Below are positions 17,301-19,547 of a stretch of DNA of 19,547 nt, one piece after another; position 1 is the stretch's first letter, and the number at the start of each line of letters is the position of its first letter. A program made the translations under genes and the position numbers. The stretch is from Myxococcota bacterium (lineage in GTDB: Bacteria; Myxococcota; JACRCW01), in the NCBI GenBank assembly GCA_040752415.1, contig JBFMGU010000201.1, forward strand, positions 1 through 19,547, written 5' to 3'. A model generated the notes under the pieces. That model was not told the DNA's origin. It made no database searches and saw only the letters and a list, made by a program, of their open reading frames with translations.

Positions 17301-17999
17301 ATGACCCCTTCCTCGCGCCTGCTGTTGCTTGCCGTGCTGGCCCTCACCGGCTGTCCCACCGACGACAACCACCGCCTCTCCGAGGAGCTGGCCGCGTTGC
17401 GCAAGGAGGTCACGGAGCTCAAGGCCGCGGTGGCACGGCTGGAAGCCCGTCCCACGTCGACGCCGACACTCCCGCGCGAAGAGCCCGCCGCCGACCACAG
17501 CGCCCTTGGGGCCCTTGCCGTCCTGGTGGTGGAGAAGCTGGCGGGAGCCGCGGATTTCTCGTCGGACGGCACCATCAGCCAGCCGGCGGCGCTGGCCGCG
17601 TTGCAGCAGCACAAGGTCTCCACCGTGGTCTCCCAGCTCCCGGCGGCGGACCTCCACACGGCACGCCAGGGCGAGCTCCCCGTGGAGACGGTCAAGGCCA
17701 TGTTGGGCGGCGGCGAAGCGCAGCGCCTTCTTTTCCTCAAGGTGACCAGCCAGGACGCTGGCAACATCATGAACACCGGCCTGCACTCCTATGCTTTCCA
17801 GGCCGAGGTGCGGATCATCGACGTGAATGGGCGGGTCCTTGCCACCGGGACGGCGTCCAACGCAGTGCCGTGCGTGGCCGCCAATGTCGCACCGCCATCC
17901 TGTCGCAGCATGTTCGAGAAGCGCGTTGTTGGACCCGCGGTCCGTCAGGCGCTGGACAAGCTCGCCGCCGAGACGCGCGCCGTGGCAGCCAAGCCCTGA
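17301..17999 (+). CDS. Putative lipoprotein with a short coiled coil and a C-terminal alpha/beta domain (232 aa)
   Basis: ATG 17301: [18 protein letters not shown] lipobox; heptads [23 protein letters not shown]; Pro-rich linker; [14 protein letters not shown] strand pair; C-x8-C pair. Confidence 0.78.
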   Translation: MTPSSRLLLLAVLALTGCPTDDNHRLSEELAALRKEVTELKAAVARLEARPTSTPTLPREEPAADHSALGALAVLVVEKLAGAADFSSDGTISQPAALAALQQHKVSTVVSQLPAADLHTARQGELPVETVKAMLGGGEAQRLLFLKVTSQDAGNIMNTGLHSYAFQAEVRIIDVNGRVLATGTASNAVPCVAANVAPPSCRSMFEKRVVGPAVRQALDKLAAETRAVAAKP

Positions 18000-18286
18000 A
18001 GCCTCGTCGGGGGGGGACGCCGTGCCAGGTGCGTACAACCGGGACCGCCGGTCACATTCACGCCGGTGAAGCTGAGCTTCGAGCTTCTTCGCGTCATCCG
18101 CGAAGGAGACGAAATCCAGCGGAGCGCGCCTGGGAGAGTTCGTGCGACACGGTCACCAACCCCGGTGCCTGCGTCCGGGATGAAGGTCCTTGCGCTCCGC
18201 GCGGGTGTGGCGCACATCTGACGGTCGTCGCAGTGACGACGTCAACTGCAGTGTCCTGGGCTCCGCCGCACCGGGAAGGAAACCCC

Positions 18287-19201
18287 ATGAGCACCATCGA
18301 AACCAAGGACGGAACGCGCATCTTCTACAAGGACTGGGGCGAAGGGCCGGTCGTGGTGTTCTCCCATGGCTGGCCGTTGAACGCGGACGCATGGGATGAC
18401 CAGCTCCTCTTCCTGGCCTCCCGCGGGTTCCGTGCGCTGGCCCATGACCGACGTGGGCATGGCCGCTCCAGCCAGCCGTGGAACGGCAATGACATGGACA
18501 CCTACGCCGACGACCTGGCCGCGCTCATCGAGAAGCTCGACCTGCGTGACGTGACGCTCGTTGGGCATTCCACGGGGGGCGGAGAGGTTGCGCGTTACAT
18601 CGGTCGGCATGGCACGTCGCGCGTGAAGAAGGCGGTGCTGGTAGGCGCGGTGCCACCCACCATGCTGAAGACCGCGGCCAACCCCGGCGGCCTGCCCATC
18701 GACGTGTTCGACGGCATCCGCCGGTCGCTCCTGGCGGACCGCTCGCAGTTCTACTGGGACCTGAGCGGGCCCTTCTTTGGTGCCAACCGGCCTGGTGCCA
18801 ACGTGTCAAGAGGCGTCCGCGACCAGTTCTGGCTGCAGAGCATGATGGCGGGACTCAAGGGCGCCTATGACTGCATCAAGCAGTTCTCCGAGACGGTGTT
18901 CACCGAGGATCTCAAGAAGTTCGACGTTCCCACGTTGATCATCCACGGTGACGACGACCAGATCGTCCCCATTGCCAACTCGGCGCTGCTCTCCGCCAAG
19001 CTGGTCAAGGACGCCACGCTCAAGGTCTACCCCGGTGCGCCGCACGGCCTGGCCGTCACCCACAAGGACCAGCTCAACGCGGACCTGCTGGCGTTCCTCA
19101 CGGACCAGTTGGGCGTGACGGTGGGACCTGGCGCGCCGGTCAGGACCACACCGCGGGCCGCGCCCCCTCGTCGTGATGAGCGCCCTGGTCCCACGCCTTA
19201 G
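18287..19201 (+). CDS. cpo: Non-heme chloroperoxidase / perhydrolase-type alpha/beta-hydrolase (304 aa)
   Basis: Starts [18 protein letters not shown] with [21 protein letters not shown], nucleophile [15 protein letters not shown] and GAPHGL give a Ser-Asp-His triad. Confidence 0.93.
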   Translation: MSTIETKDGTRIFYKDWGEGPVVVFSHGWPLNADAWDDQLLFLASRGFRALAHDRRGHGRSSQPWNGNDMDTYADDLAALIEKLDLRDVTLVGHSTGGGEVARYIGRHGTSRVKKAVLVGAVPPTMLKTAANPGGLPIDVFDGIRRSLLADRSQFYWDLSGPFFGANRPGANVSRGVRDQFWLQSMMAGLKGAYDCIKQFSETVFTEDLKKFDVPTLIIHGDDDQIVPIANSALLSAKLVKDATLKVYPGAPHGLAVTHKDQLNADLLAFLTDQLGVTVGPGAPVRTTPRAAPPRRDERPGPTP

Positions 19202-19269
19202 AGGCTGCGTCTAAACAAATTGTCCATTTCGTCGTGGCCGGCGAACACCTAACCCCCCACGTTTGTCCC

Positions 19270-19465
19270 GCTGCGCCCACTCGCCCCCCTTCCCCAGTCC
19301 CAGGTTTCCGTCGTCACCGAGCCGGGGAAGGGGGGCAACCGATGGGCGCAGCTGCCCTTTCTCCGACGAGAAAACAAGCCAATGCCAATGCCAATGCCAA
19401 TGCCAATGCCAATGCCAATGCCAATGCCAATGCGTGCCCCCCTTCCCCGCAATGGTTGACGACGG
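19270..19465. repeat. Nested inverted-repeat element with three alternating copies of GCCCCCCTTCCCC
   Basis: Copies at 19283-19295 (+), 19324-19336 (reverse complement) and 19436-19448 (+). Extra arms: GCTGCGCCCA 19270-19279 / TGGGCGCAGC 19343-19352, and CCGTCGTCA 19308-19316 / TGACGACGG 19457-19465. Confidence 0.85.
19378..19431. repeat. Perfect hexanucleotide microsatellite (GCCAAT)9
   Basis: Nine exact copies counted from 19378. Confidence 0.98.
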
Positions 19466-19547
19466 TGCCCACGTGATCCGCATCAACGCATGGAGGCACC
19501 CGTTGGTGTCACCGGCGGCCAAGGCCGCAGCTGGAAAAACACCAAGC

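Noticed and set aside
16967..18286. Apparent 440-aa N-terminal extension fused to the chloroperoxidase (744-aa ORF)
   Set aside because: It overlaps the VOC and lipoprotein genes and is R/G/P-rich with no motifs; the family-typical start with an SD is at 18287.
19211..19522. Small ORFs with (HW)n, (IG)n or (AL)n tracts
   Set aside because: Translations of the microsatellite in different frames; no independent coding evidence.

Overview
High-GC bacterial chromosomal window whose gene content suggests a myxobacterium or relative (inference). Left to right: the 5' end of a probable IS1182-family transposase; a minus-strand cluster (lipoprotein, sigma-54 NtrC/AtoC-type response regulator, catalytic TldD); a lipoprotein alpha/beta-hydrolase; a putative outer-membrane beta-barrel; a 2097-aa protein made of a degenerate SAM-methyltransferase-like head and a ~1850-aa coiled coil containing a 63-bp tandem repeat; a SpoIIAA-like small protein; a translationally coupled pair of exported paralogues sharing a domain I do not recognise (hydrophobic core plus HNxxLAxxLxLDP...YFP motif); two more lipoproteins; a VOC protein; a non-heme chloroperoxidase-type hydrolase; and a nested inverted-repeat element enclosing a (GCCAAT)9 microsatellite. 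No rRNA, tRNA or true CRISPR array was seen. The best candidates for undescribed biology are the paralogue pair (13602-15904) and the giant methyltransferase-like/coiled-coil protein. All family calls come from reading motifs by eye; no searches were run.
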